Shown here one piece after another: positions 22,157 through 32,593 of a stretch of 64,000 bases of DNA; position 1 is the first letter of the stretch; each line of letters begins with the position of its first letter. Made by a program: the position numbers and the translations under genes. The notes under the pieces were generated by a model that saw nothing but the letters and a program-made list of their open reading frames with translations, searched no databases and was not told the DNA's origin. The stretch comes from an uncultured Candidatus Rokubacteria bacterium (GTDB lineage: Bacteria; Methylomirabilota; Methylomirabilia; Rokubacteriales; CSP1-6): contig CAVWWD010000007.1 of assembly GCA_963758635.1 (NCBI GenBank), forward strand, positions 64,001 to 128,000. The letters are read 5' to 3'.

Positions 22157-23265
22157 TCGTCGCGCTCGTCCTGCTCGCCGTGGCGCCGGCGGCCGCGCAG
22201 CCGGCCACGCCGGTGCGCGAGATCCGCGTGGCCGTGCTCGACGGCGTGCCCACCCTGGAGATCGGCGGCGGCCCGCTCGAGCTGCGCGACCTTGAGGGAC
22301 GGCCGCTCTCCGGCAGCGGCGCGACGTGGCTTCGGCTGGTGTTCCGGGGCAACGGCGTGGAGGTGCGGCCGAGCCGGTTCCCCGTGCAGCCGGGGCTCCG
22401 CATCACGTCGGCGCGCGGCGCGGTGCGGGTGAACGCTCGCGACTACCCGGGGACGATCGAGGTCTCGGCGACCGGCGATGGACTGCTCGTCGTCAATCAG
22501 CTCCCGTTCGAGGACTATCTCGCGGGGACGGTCCTGGCGGAGGCGGGAGAGCGGGCGCCGCTCGAGATGCTGAAGGCCCAGGCCATCGTGGCGCGCACCT
22601 ACGCGGCGTACCACTGGCGGCTCAACGCGGCCCGGCCGTTCCACATCCTGTCGAGCACGGCGAACCAGCAGTACCTCGGCACGGTGGCGCCCGCGTCGCC
22701 GGTGCGGGTGGCGGTGCGCGAGACGACGGGCCGCGTCCTCCTGTGGGACGGCGACGTGTTCCCGGCCTTCTATCACACGGACAGCGGGGGCCACACGGAG
22801 GATCCGCGGGTGGTCTTCGGCACCGGCGCGATGCCCGCGCTGGTGCCGGTCCGCGTGGAGTTCGCCACCGACTCGCCCCATCGCCTCTGGAACCTCGACC
22901 TGCCCCTCGCTGACATCTCGGCCTCGCTCCGGCGCGGCGGGGTTGCCGTCGGGCGGATCCTCGCCCTCGAGGTGCTCGAGCGGAGCGTCTCGCTGCGCGC
23001 GGCCCGCATCCTGGTCCGTGGCACGCAGGGCAGCGCCTCCCTCCGCGGCAACGAGTTCCGGCGGCTGGTGGGCTACGACACGCTCAAGAGCACGCTGTTC
23101 GCGGTGGCCATCGACGGGGACGTCGCGCGGTTCGCCGGGCGTGGCTACGGTCACGGCGTGGGCATGGACCAGGCGGCGGCCCGGGCCATGGCGCAGCAGG
23201 GCTACACGTGGGAGCAGATCCTCGCCTATTACTACCCGGGCGCGGCATTCGGCGCCATCCGCTGA
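22153..23265 (+). CDS. SpoIID/LytB domain protein (start uncertain)
   Basis: [57 protein letters not shown]. Confidence 0.9.
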   Translation: MIVALVLLAVAPAAAQPATPVREIRVAVLDGVPTLEIGGGPLELRDLEGRPLSGSGATWLRLVFRGNGVEVRPSRFPVQPGLRITSARGAVRVNARDYPGTIEVSATGDGLLVVNQLPFEDYLAGTVLAEAGERAPLEMLKAQAIVARTYAAYHWRLNAARPFHILSSTANQQYLGTVAPASPVRVAVRETTGRVLLWDGDVFPAFYHTDSGGHTEDPRVVFGTGAMPALVPVRVEFATDSPHRLWNLDLPLADISASLRRGGVAVGRILALEVLERSVSLRAARILVRGTQGSASLRGNEFRRLVGYDTLKSTLFAVAIDGDVARFAGRGYGHGVGMDQAAARAMAQQGYTWEQILAYYYPGAAFGAIR

Positions 23266-23278
23266 CCACGGCCCCGCG

Positions 23279-24349
23279 ATGGCCCTGACCTGGGACGAGT
23301 TCCAGCGTGTGGACATGCGGGTGGGCGTGATCGACTACGAGCTGCCGCCTTCGTCGATCGCCCAGGAGCCGGCCACACCCCGAGACGCCTCGCGCCTGCT
23401 CGCGCTCGACCGCACGGCGGGTCGCTGGGAAGATCGGCGGTTCGTCGATCTGCCGGAGCTGCTCCGCCCCGGTGACTGCCTCGTCCTGAACACCACTCGC
23501 GTGATTCCCGCGCGGCTCCTGGGCGACAGCGTGCCCGGTGGCCGGCCGGTGGAGCTGCTGCTCCTGCGCGCGCTCTCGCCCGTGCGGTGGGAGGCCCTGG
23601 TCCGCCCCGGGCGCCGCTGCCGGGCCGGCGCGCGCGTCGCGCTCGCCGGTGGCGCGGCCGTCGCGACGATCGTGGCCGAGCGGCCGGGCGGCGCCCGCGA
23701 GGTGGAGCTGGAGGCGCCGTGGCCGGTGGCCGAGCTGCTCGCGCGTCACGGGCTCCCGCCGCTGCCGCCCTACATCGAGCGCCATCGCGCGCCGAAGCCG
23801 GACGACGCCGAGCGGTACCAGACCGTGTACGCGCGCGAGGGTGTGTCGGTGGCCGCGCCCACGGCGGGGCTCCACTTCACGCCCGAGCTTCTGGCCCGGC
23901 TGGCCGCGCGCGGGGTGGAGACGCACGACCTCCGCCTGGACGTGGGACCGGGCACCTTCCGGCCCATCGTCGCCTCCGCCCCCGAGCAGCACGCGATGGA
24001 GGCCGAGCCCGCGTGGATCCCTGCCGGCACCGCCGAGGCCATCGCGCGCGCGAAGACCCAGGGCCGGCGCGTCGTCGCGGTGGGCACCACCACCACGCGG
24101 GCGCTGGAGTCCGCGGCGGTGGACGGCGGCGTGCGCGCGGGAGCGGGGGAGGCCGGGCTCTTCATCCGACCGCCGCATCACTTCCGGGTCGTGGACGCGC
24201 TCCTCACCAACTTCCACCTGCCGCGGACCACGCTGCTCCTGCTCGTCTGCGCCTTCGCGGGACGCGAGCTCGTCCTCGACGCGTACACGCACGCGGTGGC
24301 CGCGGGCTATCGCTTCTACTCGTTCGGCGACGCGATGCTCCTGACCTGA
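23279..24349 (+). CDS. queA: tRNA preQ1 SAM ribosyltransferase-isomerase QueA, with a CsaA-like 18-aa N-terminus
   Basis: DYELP..IAQEP, RDASRLL, TRVIPARL, PPLPPYI, RYQTVYA, SVAAPTAGLHFT, VAVGTTT, TNFHLP, YRFYSFGDAML. Confidence 0.95.
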   Translation: MALTWDEFQRVDMRVGVIDYELPPSSIAQEPATPRDASRLLALDRTAGRWEDRRFVDLPELLRPGDCLVLNTTRVIPARLLGDSVPGGRPVELLLLRALSPVRWEALVRPGRRCRAGARVALAGGAAVATIVAERPGGAREVELEAPWPVAELLARHGLPPLPPYIERHRAPKPDDAERYQTVYAREGVSVAAPTAGLHFTPELLARLAARGVETHDLRLDVGPGTFRPIVASAPEQHAMEAEPAWIPAGTAEAIARAKTQGRRVVAVGTTTTRALESAAVDGGVRAGAGEAGLFIRPPHHFRVVDALLTNFHLPRTTLLLLVCAFAGRELVLDAYTHAVAAGYRFYSFGDAMLLT

Positions 24350-24508
24350 TGACCCCCGCAGAATGCGGTAACCGCCACGGGCCGCTACCGTCCCACCGCT
24401 CGGCGCTAATGACCCGCGCAGAATACAGTAACCGCCACGGGCCTCTACAATCCCACCGCTCGGCATTCGTCTGATGCGCGGGGCTCGGTAGTCTGATGCG
24501 CGGGGCTC
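24349..24508. repeat. Intergenic nested direct repeats (2 x ~56 bp at period 60; 2 x 18 bp at period 22)
   Basis: ATGACCCsCGCAGAATrCrGTAACCGCCACGGGCC...TCCCACCGCTCGGC occurs at ~24349 and ~24409. GTCTGATGCGCGGGGCTC occurs at 24469 and 24491. Confidence 0.85.
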
Positions 24509-24513
24509 ACTAG

Positions 24514-25653
24514 ATGGCGATCTGGTTCGAGCTCGACGCCACGGACGGGACGGCGCGCCGGGGACGCATCGTCACCGCGCGCGGGGTGGTGGACACGCCC
24601 GCCTTCATGCCCGTCGCCACGCAGGGCACCGTCAAGAGCCTCGTGCCCGCGGACCTGCGCGCGGCGGGGGCCCAGATCGTGCTCGCCAACAGCTACCACC
24701 TCTATCTCCGGCCGGGCCACGAGCTGGTGCGCGAGCTGGGGGGCCTGCACCGCTTCATGGCGTGGGACGGGCCGATCCTGACCGACTCGGGAGGCTTCCA
24801 GGTGTGGAGCCTGTCCAAGCTCCGCACCGTGCGCGAGGAAGGCGTGGAGTTTCGCTCGCACGTGGACGGCTCGCTCCACTTCCTGTCCCCGGAGTCCTCG
24901 GTCGAGATCCAGCGGGCCCTCGGCGTGGACATCATGCATCCGCTCGACGAGTGCCTGGAGCACCCCGCCACCGAGGCCGCCACGGAACGCTCGCTCGCCC
25001 TGACCCTCCGGTGGCTGGCGCGGGCGCGGAAGGCCCAGGGCGAGAGCCCGGACGGCCCGGCGCTGTTCGGCATCGTGCAGGGCGGGGTCCACGAGCGGCT
25101 ACGCCGGCGGGCCGCGGAGGAGACGGTGGCGCTCGGCTGCGCCGGCTACTCCATCGGCGGCCTCGCGGTCGGGGAGTCGCGCGCGCTCATGTACGAGACG
25201 GCCGAGCTGGTTGCCGGCCTCCTGCCCGCCGCTCAGCCGCGCTACCTGATGGGCGTGGGCAAGCCCGGCGACCTCGTGGAGGCGGTGGCGCGCGGCGTCG
25301 ACATGTTCGACTGCGCCATGCCCACGCGGAACGCGCGCAACGGGCAGGTCTTCACGCCCGACGGTCCGCTCACGATCAGCCAGGCGCGATTCCGGCGCGA
25401 CCCCGGACCGATCGACCCGGCGTGCCCCTGCGAGGCGTGTCGCCTCTTCTCGCGGGCGTACCTCCGGCACCTGTTCACGTCGCGCGAGCTCACCGCGTAC
25501 CGGCTCCTCACCGTCCACAACGTCACCTTCTACCTGGGGCTCATGGCGCAGATGCGCGCGGCCATCGCGGGCGGCGCGTTCGGCGTGTTCCGGGCGCGCT
25601 TCCGGGATCGCTACGGCGCCGGCGCCGAGCCCGAGCCGCCCGCGGCCGAGTAG
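24514..25653 (+). CDS. tgt: tRNA-guanine transglycosylase
   Basis: TPAFMPVAT, NSYHLYLRPG, LTDSGGFQV, FGIVQGG, RYLMGVG, DMFDC, Zn site CPCEAC...HN. Confidence 0.97.
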   Translation: MAIWFELDATDGTARRGRIVTARGVVDTPAFMPVATQGTVKSLVPADLRAAGAQIVLANSYHLYLRPGHELVRELGGLHRFMAWDGPILTDSGGFQVWSLSKLRTVREEGVEFRSHVDGSLHFLSPESSVEIQRALGVDIMHPLDECLEHPATEAATERSLALTLRWLARARKAQGESPDGPALFGIVQGGVHERLRRRAAEETVALGCAGYSIGGLAVGESRALMYETAELVAGLLPAAQPRYLMGVGKPGDLVEAVARGVDMFDCAMPTRNARNGQVFTPDGPLTISQARFRRDPGPIDPACPCEACRLFSRAYLRHLFTSRELTAYRLLTVHNVTFYLGLMAQMRAAIAGGAFGVFRARFRDRYGAGAEPEPPAAE

Positions 25654-25777
25654 CGCGTAGCGCGCCGGCTCGGGCCGGCGGAACGAGGTCTGATCGTCGT
25701 TGGTCCCCCGAAGCACGTGGGGTACAATGCGACCCCGATGCCGCACCGACGAAGGCTCGAAATGCGCGTGACGATCC

Positions 25778-26113
25778 ATGGTTGAGCTCGCTTACGCGGC
25801 CGCGCAGTCCCCCGGCGGCTCGGGGTCCGGGCTCTCGCAGCAGCTCTCGTTCCTGCCGTTCCTCGCCGCGATGATCGCGATCTTCTATTTCCTCGTCATC
25901 CGTCCGCAGCAGAAGCAGCGGCGGGAGCGCGAGGCGCTGCTGCGCGCGGTGAAGCGCGGGGATCGTGTCGTCACCACGGGCGGCCTCCACGGGACGGTGG
26001 CGGGCCTCGACGAGCACACGGTGACGCTCCGGGTGGGGGACCAGTCCAAGCTCGTGTTCGACCGCGGGGCCATCGGGCGCATCGTCCCCGCGGCGGGGGA
26101 GAAGGATACCTGA
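25778..26113 (+). CDS. yajC: Preprotein translocase subunit YajC
   Basis: FYFLVIRPQQKQ, GDRVVTTGGLHG. Lies between tgt and secD. Confidence 0.95.
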   Translation: MVELAYAAAQSPGGSGSGLSQQLSFLPFLAAMIAIFYFLVIRPQQKQRREREALLRAVKRGDRVVTTGGLHGTVAGLDEHTVTLRVGDQSKLVFDRGAIGRIVPAAGEKDT

Positions 26114-27726
26114 TGCGCCAGAACCTGCCCCTGCGCATCGCGGTCGTGGCCGTGGTGATCATCGCGTCCCTCGTGTACCTCTACCCGCCCCCCGGCGTGC
26201 GTGAGCTCCTGTATCCGCAGCGTGGCGCGCCCGCGGTGCCCGGCATCCTGCCGCGGACGCTCAACCTGGGCCTGGACCTGCAGGGCGGCATCCATCTGGT
26301 GCTCGGCGTGGACCTGGACAAGGCCCTCGAGGCGCAGGTGGAGCGCGCGGCGACCACCGTCCGGGCCGCCCTGGACAAGAAGGGCATCGCCGCGGCGAAG
26401 ATCGAGCGCCGTGGCAGCACGGAGCTGGTCGTCACGCTCGCCTCGCCCCAGACGTGGAGCGCGGCCCAGACCGTGTTCGCCGAGGTCGCCCAGTTCGAGG
26501 TCAAGGAGGCGGACCAGGCGGCGGGGCGAGCCGTCCTCGCCCTCCGCCCGCGCGAGGCGTCGACGCTGCGCGAGCTGGCGGTCCGGCAGGCGCTGGAGAC
26601 GATCAGGAACCGCATCGACCAGTTCGGCGTCGCCGAGCCGTCGATCCAGCAACAGGGGGACAACCGCATCCTGGTGCAGCTGCCCGGCGTCCAGGATCCC
26701 GACCGCGCCAAGGCCCTCATCGGCAAGACCGCGCTCCTCGAGTTCAAGCTCGTGGTCGAGGGCGCGGACATCGATCGCGCGGTCGCCCAGGGCGCGCCGG
26801 AGGGCCAGGAGGTCCTCAACCAGCGCCGGATCGACAAGCAGACCCGGCAGGAGACGCGTGTCCCGTTCGTGGTCGACAAGAAGACGCGCCTCACCGGCGC
26901 CGACCTCGCGACGGCCCGCGTGTCGATCGACCAGAACACCAGCGAGCCCTACGTGTCGGTGGAGCTGAACGCCGCCGGCGCCAAGGCCTTCGCGGAGCTG
27001 TCCGAGGCCAACGTCGGGCGGCGGCTCGCCATCGTCCTGGACGGCAACATCCACTCCGCGCCGGTGATCCGGGAGCGCATCCCGTCGGGCCAGGCGCAGA
27101 TCACCGGCGGCTTCACGAGCGAGGAAGCCACCGACCTCGCCATCGTGTTGCGCGCGGGCGCGCTCCCCGCGCCGGTGCAGGTGCTGGAGGAGCGCACGGT
27201 GGGCCCGTCGCTCGGCCGCGACTCGATCCGCCAGGGCGTCGTCGCCATCCTGGCCTCGACCGCCCTCGTCGCGTTGTTCATGCTGGTCTACTATCGGCTC
27301 TCCGGCCTCATCGCCAACGTCGCGCTGGGCCTGAACCTGCTCATCCTGCTCGCGGTGATGGCCGCGTTTTCCGCGACGTTGACGCTGCCGGGGATCGCGG
27401 GCATCGCGCTCACCGTGGGCATGGCGGTGGACACCAACATTCTCATCTTCGAGCGCATCCGCGAGGAATTGCGGAGCGGCAAGACGGTGCGGGTGGCCAT
27501 CGGCGCGGGGTTCTCGCGCGCGTTCAAGACCGTCGTCGACACCCACGTCACCGTGCTCGTCTCGGGGCTCATCCTCTTCCAGTTCGGCACCGGGCCGGTC
27601 AAGGGCTTCGCCGTCTCCCTCATGATCGGCATCGCGGCGAGCCTGTTCACCGCGGTCTTCTTCACCCGGCTCCTCTTCGACCTCGTGTACTTGGGGTCGC
27701 GGCGGGTCGAGTCGATCTCCATCTAA
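26113..27726 (+). CDS. secD: Protein translocase subunit SecD
   Basis: LNLGLDLQGG, IRNRIDQFGVAEP, LRAGALPAP, GMAVDTNILIFERIREE, GPVKGFA. Confidence 0.97.
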   Translation: MRQNLPLRIAVVAVVIIASLVYLYPPPGVRELLYPQRGAPAVPGILPRTLNLGLDLQGGIHLVLGVDLDKALEAQVERAATTVRAALDKKGIAAAKIERRGSTELVVTLASPQTWSAAQTVFAEVAQFEVKEADQAAGRAVLALRPREASTLRELAVRQALETIRNRIDQFGVAEPSIQQQGDNRILVQLPGVQDPDRAKALIGKTALLEFKLVVEGADIDRAVAQGAPEGQEVLNQRRIDKQTRQETRVPFVVDKKTRLTGADLATARVSIDQNTSEPYVSVELNAAGAKAFAELSEANVGRRLAIVLDGNIHSAPVIRERIPSGQAQITGGFTSEEATDLAIVLRAGALPAPVQVLEERTVGPSLGRDSIRQGVVAILASTALVALFMLVYYRLSGLIANVALGLNLLILLAVMAAFSATLTLPGIAGIALTVGMAVDTNILIFERIREELRSGKTVRVAIGAGFSRAFKTVVDTHVTVLVSGLILFQFGTGPVKGFAVSLMIGIAASLFTAVFFTRLLFDLVYLGSRRVESISI

Positions 27727-27733
27727 GGCTCCC

Positions 27734-28669
27734 ATGCTCCAGGTCTTCCGCGATCCCCAGTACGACTTCATCGGGCGCCGCCGCTGGGCGTATCTGCTGT
27801 CCATCGCCTTCATCTTGCTGGGCGTGGGGTCGATGGTGGCCAAGGGCGGGCTCCGCTACGGCATCGACTTCTCCGGGGGCACGCTCATCCAGATCCGTTT
27901 CGAGCAGCCGGTGCCGGTGGACCGCATCCGCGCGAGCCTCGAGCGGATCAAGATGGGCGAGAGCGTCATCCAGGAGTTCGGTGACCCGCGGGAGTTCATC
28001 CTCCGGCTGCCGCTGCTGGAGACCTCGGCGGAGGCGGTCACGCGGCAGGTGCAGGGGGCGCTGGCCCAGGCCGGGCTCGGCAACGCGGAGATCCGACGGG
28101 TCGAGTTCGTGGGCCCGCAAGTGGGCCGGGACCTCCAGGTCCAGGCCATCTACGCCACGCTCTGGAGCATGATCGGCATCCTCATCTACATCGCCATCCG
28201 CTTCGACCTGAAGGGCGGGCTGGCGTCGCTCGCCGCCATCGTCCACGACGTCCTCGTCTGCCTGAGCGCCATGTCGCTCACGAACCGCGAGATGTCGCTC
28301 CCCGTCCTCGCCGCGCTCTTGACCATCATCGGGTACTCGGTCAACGACACCATCGTGGCCTACGACCGGGTGCGGGAGAACCGCGGGAAGGGGGCCCGGA
28401 GGGGACAGACCTTCGAGAACCAGATCAACACCGCGATCAACCAGACCCTGTCCCGGACCGTCCTCACCGCGTTGACGGTCTTCTTCTCCACCGCCGTGCT
28501 GTACCTGTTCGGCGGCAAGGTGCTGGAAGACCTGGCGTTCGTCCTCACGGTGGGGGTGATCACGGGCACGTTCTCGACCATCTACATCGCCGGGTCCCTC
28601 ATCGTGGAGTGGACCAACTGGATGGAGCGCCGGACCGGCCGCGCCAAGAAAGTGATGGCTAAGGCCTGA
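27734..28669 (+). CDS. secF: Protein translocase subunit SecF
   Basis: GIDFSGG, VGPQVG, HDV, IGYSVNDTIVAYDRVRE, NQTLSRT. Confidence 0.97.
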   Translation: MLQVFRDPQYDFIGRRRWAYLLSIAFILLGVGSMVAKGGLRYGIDFSGGTLIQIRFEQPVPVDRIRASLERIKMGESVIQEFGDPREFILRLPLLETSAEAVTRQVQGALAQAGLGNAEIRRVEFVGPQVGRDLQVQAIYATLWSMIGILIYIAIRFDLKGGLASLAAIVHDVLVCLSAMSLTNREMSLPVLAALLTIIGYSVNDTIVAYDRVRENRGKGARRGQTFENQINTAINQTLSRTVLTALTVFFSTAVLYLFGGKVLEDLAFVLTVGVITGTFSTIYIAGSLIVEWTNWMERRTGRAKKVMAKA

Positions 28670-28713
28670 CCCGGGTGGCAGAATCAGAGGTCAACCCATA
28701 GAGGACGAGAGGG

Positions 28714-30861
28714 TTGACCCAGCTCCAGACCCTGATCGACGAGATCCCGAAGTACCAGCCGGGCGCGGACCTGGTCGTGCTGGAGCGCGCCTACCGCTAC
28801 TCCGAGCGCTCCCACCAGGGCCAGCAGCGCGCCTCCGGCGAGCCGTACCTGTCGCATCCCCTCGAAGTGGCCGGGCTCCTCGTGGACTTCAAGATGGACG
28901 TCACCACCGTGACCGCCGGGCTCCTGCACGACGTGCTCGAGGACACCAGCGCGACGAAGGCGGACCTGGAGCAGGAGTTCGGGCGCGAGATCGCCGAGCT
29001 CGTGGACGGGGTCACGAAGATCGGCAAGCTCGCCTTCTCCTCCCGCGAGGAGCGGCAGGCCGAGAACTTCCGCAAGATGGTGGTGGCCATGGCCCGCGAC
29101 CTGCGGGTCCTGATGATCAAGCTCGCCGACCGTCTCCACAACATGCGGACGCTCGACTACCTGCCGCCGGACAAGGCGAAGAAGATCTCCACGGAGACGC
29201 TCGAGATCTACGCGCCGCTCGCGCATCGCCTGGGCATGGCCAAGGTCAAGGCCGAGCTCGAGGACCTCGCGCTGCGCACGCTCAGCCCGGAGGACTACCA
29301 GACGCTGATGCGGCGGGTGGCCAAGCGGCGTCTCGAGCGCGAGAACGAGATCAACCAGCTCATCGCGATGCTGCACGGCAAGCTCGCGGAGGTGGGCATC
29401 GAGGCGCGCACGAGCGGGCGGCCCAAGCACTTCTACTCCATCTGGAAGAAGATGCACGAGGGCGGCCGCGAGTTCGACGAGATCTACGACCTCACCGCGG
29501 TGCGGGTGATCGTCAAGACCGTCCGCGACTGCTACGGCGCCCTCGGCGTCATCCACTCCCTGTGGAAGCCCGTGCCCGGCCGCTTCAAGGACTTCATCGC
29601 GATGCCGAAGGTGAACATGTACCAGTCCCTGCACACCACGGTGATCGGCCCCAAGGGCGACCCCGTCGAGGTGCAGATCCGGACCATGGACATGCATCGC
29701 ATCGCCGAGGACGGCATCGCCGCCCACTGGCTCTACAAGGAGCGCAAGAGCGACCGCGACCGGTTCGACGACGCCTTCACGTGGCTCCGCCAGCTCATGG
29801 AGTCGCAGAACGAGGTGAAGGACCCGCAGGAGTTCCTGGACTCCGTCCGCGTGGACCTGTTCCCCGACGAGGTGTACGTGTTCACCCCCAAGGGCGACGT
29901 GAAGTCGCTCCCCGAGGGCGCGACGCCGATCGACTTCGCGTACACCGTGCACACCGACGTGGGCCACCACTGCGTGGGCGCCAAGGTGAACGGCAAGCTC
30001 GTGCCGCTGCGCTACACGCTCCAGCAGGGCGACATCGTCGAGGTCGTCACGTCGCCGGCCCAGCACCCGAGCCGGGACTGGCTCAAGATCGTCAAGTCCA
30101 ATCGCTCCCGCGCCAAGATCAACCAGTGGCTCAAGGTCGAGGAGCGGGCGCGCTCCCTCACCCTCGGCCAGGAGCTGTTCGAGCGCGAGGCGAAGAAGTA
30201 CCGGCTGTCGCCGGGCACGCTGCTCGCCTCGGACGAGATGAAGCGCGTGGTCACGGACCTGGGCTTCCCGTCCACCGACGACCTGCTCGCCTCGATGGGC
30301 TACGGCAAGACCTCGGTGCAGCAGGTGCTCGGCAAGCTCGCCCCCGCCGCCGTCCACGACGTGGACCGGGACGCCCGGGTGGCCAGGCCGGCGCCCCGCC
30401 GCCCCGAGGGCGCGGTGCGGATCCGCGGCGTGGACGACCTCCTCGTGCGCTTCGGCAAGTGCTGCGCGCCCGTGCCCGGCGACGGCATCGTGGGCTTCAT
30501 CACCCGGGGTCGCGGCCTCACCGTGCACGCGCGCGACTGCCTGACCGTGGCCAAGGGCGTGCTCGAGAAGGAGCGCCTGGTCGCGGTGGAGTGGGACGGC
30601 GCCGAGGAGCCGGCCAAGCGGCCGGTCAGGATCGCCGTGTACATCGGCCGGGACCGGCCCGGGCTCCTCGCCGAGATCACCACCGCGATCTCCTCGCGGC
30701 AGGGCAACATCACGAAGGCCGACATCACGGTGACCGAGGACCGGAAGGGCATCAACCACTTCGTGGTGGAGGTGGGCGACCTCCGGCAGCTGCAGGACAT
30801 CATGCAGGCCATCCGCGAGGTCCGCGACGTCATCAACGTCGAGCGCGTCCGCGGCCTCTGA
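28714..30861 (+). CDS. relA: Bifunctional (p)ppGpp synthetase/hydrolase (RelA/SpoT family)
   Basis: HD domain (LLHDVLED), IKLADRLHNMRTL, GRPKHFYSI, YQSLHT, TGS domain (TPIDFAYTVH), C-terminal ACT. TTG start. Confidence 0.96.
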   Translation: MTQLQTLIDEIPKYQPGADLVVLERAYRYSERSHQGQQRASGEPYLSHPLEVAGLLVDFKMDVTTVTAGLLHDVLEDTSATKADLEQEFGREIAELVDGVTKIGKLAFSSREERQAENFRKMVVAMARDLRVLMIKLADRLHNMRTLDYLPPDKAKKISTETLEIYAPLAHRLGMAKVKAELEDLALRTLSPEDYQTLMRRVAKRRLERENEINQLIAMLHGKLAEVGIEARTSGRPKHFYSIWKKMHEGGREFDEIYDLTAVRVIVKTVRDCYGALGVIHSLWKPVPGRFKDFIAMPKVNMYQSLHTTVIGPKGDPVEVQIRTMDMHRIAEDGIAAHWLYKERKSDRDRFDDAFTWLRQLMESQNEVKDPQEFLDSVRVDLFPDEVYVFTPKGDVKSLPEGATPIDFAYTVHTDVGHHCVGAKVNGKLVPLRYTLQQGDIVEVVTSPAQHPSRDWLKIVKSNRSRAKINQWLKVEERARSLTLGQELFEREAKKYRLSPGTLLASDEMKRVVTDLGFPSTDDLLASMGYGKTSVQQVLGKLAPAAVHDVDRDARVARPAPRRPEGAVRIRGVDDLLVRFGKCCAPVPGDGIVGFITRGRGLTVHARDCLTVAKGVLEKERLVAVEWDGAEEPAKRPVRIAVYIGRDRPGLLAEITTAISSRQGNITKADITVTEDRKGINHFVVEVGDLRQLQDIMQAIREVRDVINVERVRGL

Positions 30862-30881
30862 CCGGGGCGGCCGCGCGCCCC

Positions 30882-31253
30882 ATGAATCGCGACGCGTTCG
30901 AGGCTCTGGTCGAATCAGCCCTGCGGCAGCTTCCGCGGCGCTTCAAGGACAGGCTCGCCAACGTCGCGGTGGTCGTCGAGGAGTGGCCCGACGACAACAC
31001 GCTGCAGGAGATGGGGATCGAGCCTCCGGACACGCTCTACGGCCTCTACCGTGGCGTCGATCTCACCCACCGGGACTCCGGGTACGGCAACGTCCTGCCC
31101 GACACGATCCACATCTACCAGGGCCCGATCGAGGAAGACTGCGAGGACGTCGAGGAGATGGCGGACCTGGTGCGGGACGTGGTCATCCACGAGATCGGGC
31201 ACTACTTCGGGCTGGACGACGAGACGATGGAGCAGATCGAGGAGGAGGAGTAG
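30882..31253 (+). CDS. Zincin-like metallopeptidase family small protein
   Basis: FEALVESAL..LP, LYGLYRG, LPDTIHIYQGPI, VVIHEIGHYFG (HExxH). Confidence 0.88.
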   Translation: MNRDAFEALVESALRQLPRRFKDRLANVAVVVEEWPDDNTLQEMGIEPPDTLYGLYRGVDLTHRDSGYGNVLPDTIHIYQGPIEEDCEDVEEMADLVRDVVIHEIGHYFGLDDETMEQIEEEE

Positions 31254-31349
31254 CCTCTTCCGCGCTGGCCCGGGCAGGGCCGGCCCCGGGGGAGGAAGGC
31301 GGTGGCGCATCGGGCGAGGGGGGGAGGGCGGAGGCGTGCGCGCGTCGTC

Positions 31350-31469
31350 GTGCCGCTGGTAGCTCTGTCGCTGGCCCTGCTGTCGAGCCCTCTCGCGGCG
31401 GGCGCGGCACAGCTGGAGCTGAGCTGGGCCGACAACTCGGATAACGAGGCGGCCTTCTCCAGCGGGTGA
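31350..31469 (+). pseudogene. Remnant of a secreted FN3-type surface protein
   Basis: VPLVALSLALLSSPLAAGAAQLELSWADNSDNEAAFSSG* parallels ALSLTWSDNSSNETGF at ~34850, then stops. Confidence 0.55.
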
Positions 31470-31557
31470 GCACCGGGAGCGCGCCGGCGCCTTCGCCGAC
31501 GACTCGCCATCGCAGCCGGGCCAGGCGCACGACCAACATCGACAGGGAGGTCTCGTC

Positions 31558-32551
31558 ATGAGCAAGAGGCTCGCAGTGGGCTTGATGGCCGTGGCCGTGC
31601 TATCACTGCTCGCCACGGTGGCCGGAGCCGCAGACCTTGGCCTCATCACGGGCGGAGAGCGGGGCACCTACTACCAGTTCGGCTTGAACCTCCAGCAGCT
31701 GGTGAAGCCGGGCGGCACGAACCTCAGCGTGTATCAATTCGAAGGGCTCCATCGAGAACATCTACGCCGTCTACCAGCGACCCAACACGCAGATGGGCAT
31801 CGTGCAGTCGGACGTCCTCGCCTTCGTGAGCCGGGTCCAGGCGGACCCGGTGCTGACCCGCATCGCGCGGAAGACGCGCATGGTGTTCCCGCTCTACAAC
31901 GAGGAGATCCACGTGCTCGGCCGTCGCGGGATCACCGACTTCGACGATCTGGCGGATCGGCGCGTGGCCATCGGCCGGGAGGGCAGCGGGACCTACCTCA
32001 CCGCCCGCCTGCTCTTCAAGGTCTCCGAGGTGACGCCGAAGGAGATGGTGCTCATCGACACCGACGAGGCCCTGGCCGAGCTCAAGGCGGGCCGCATCGA
32101 CGCCATGTTCTACGTGGCCGGCTACCCGGTGAAGCTCTTCACCGAGCAGGTCACCGAGGCGGACGGCCTCGCGCTGGTTCCCATCCTCAACAAGAGCGTC
32201 ACCGAGTTCTACCCGAGCGTCGAGATCCCGGCGAACACGTACGCCTGGCAGCCGACGCCGGTGAACACCGCGGCGGTCAAGGCGGTACTGGTGTCGTTCG
32301 ATTTCCGTGGGCCGCACTGCGACCTCGTGGGCCGCTTCGCCCAGACCATCGCCGACAACATTGAGTGGCTGACGAAGAACGGTCACCCGAAGTGGAAGTC
32401 CGTGGATCTCGAGTACCCGCTGAAGGGCTGGGAGCAGTACGACTGTGTCCGCAAGTACCTCCGGAAGCCCATCCCCGCCGCGGCAACCAAGCCGCGAAGC
32501 ACCGAGACCAACCCCGTCATGGACGCCATCAAGGACATGCTGTCGAGATAG
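31558..32551 (+). CDS. TAXI-family TRAP solute-binding protein (frameshift ~31737)
   Basis: Signal peptide, TGGERGTYY, GSIENI (shifted frame), GIVQSD, LYNEEIHV, VAIGREGSGT, IDAMFYVAG. Confidence 0.88.
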
Positions 32552-32593
32552 CGCTGCGCTCGGAGCCGGCACATCACGCCGAGGAGGTCAGTA

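Noticed and set aside
24349..24508. Mini-CRISPR between queA and tgt
   Set aside because: Only two copies of each unit, nearly abutting, with no spacer-sized unique sequence.
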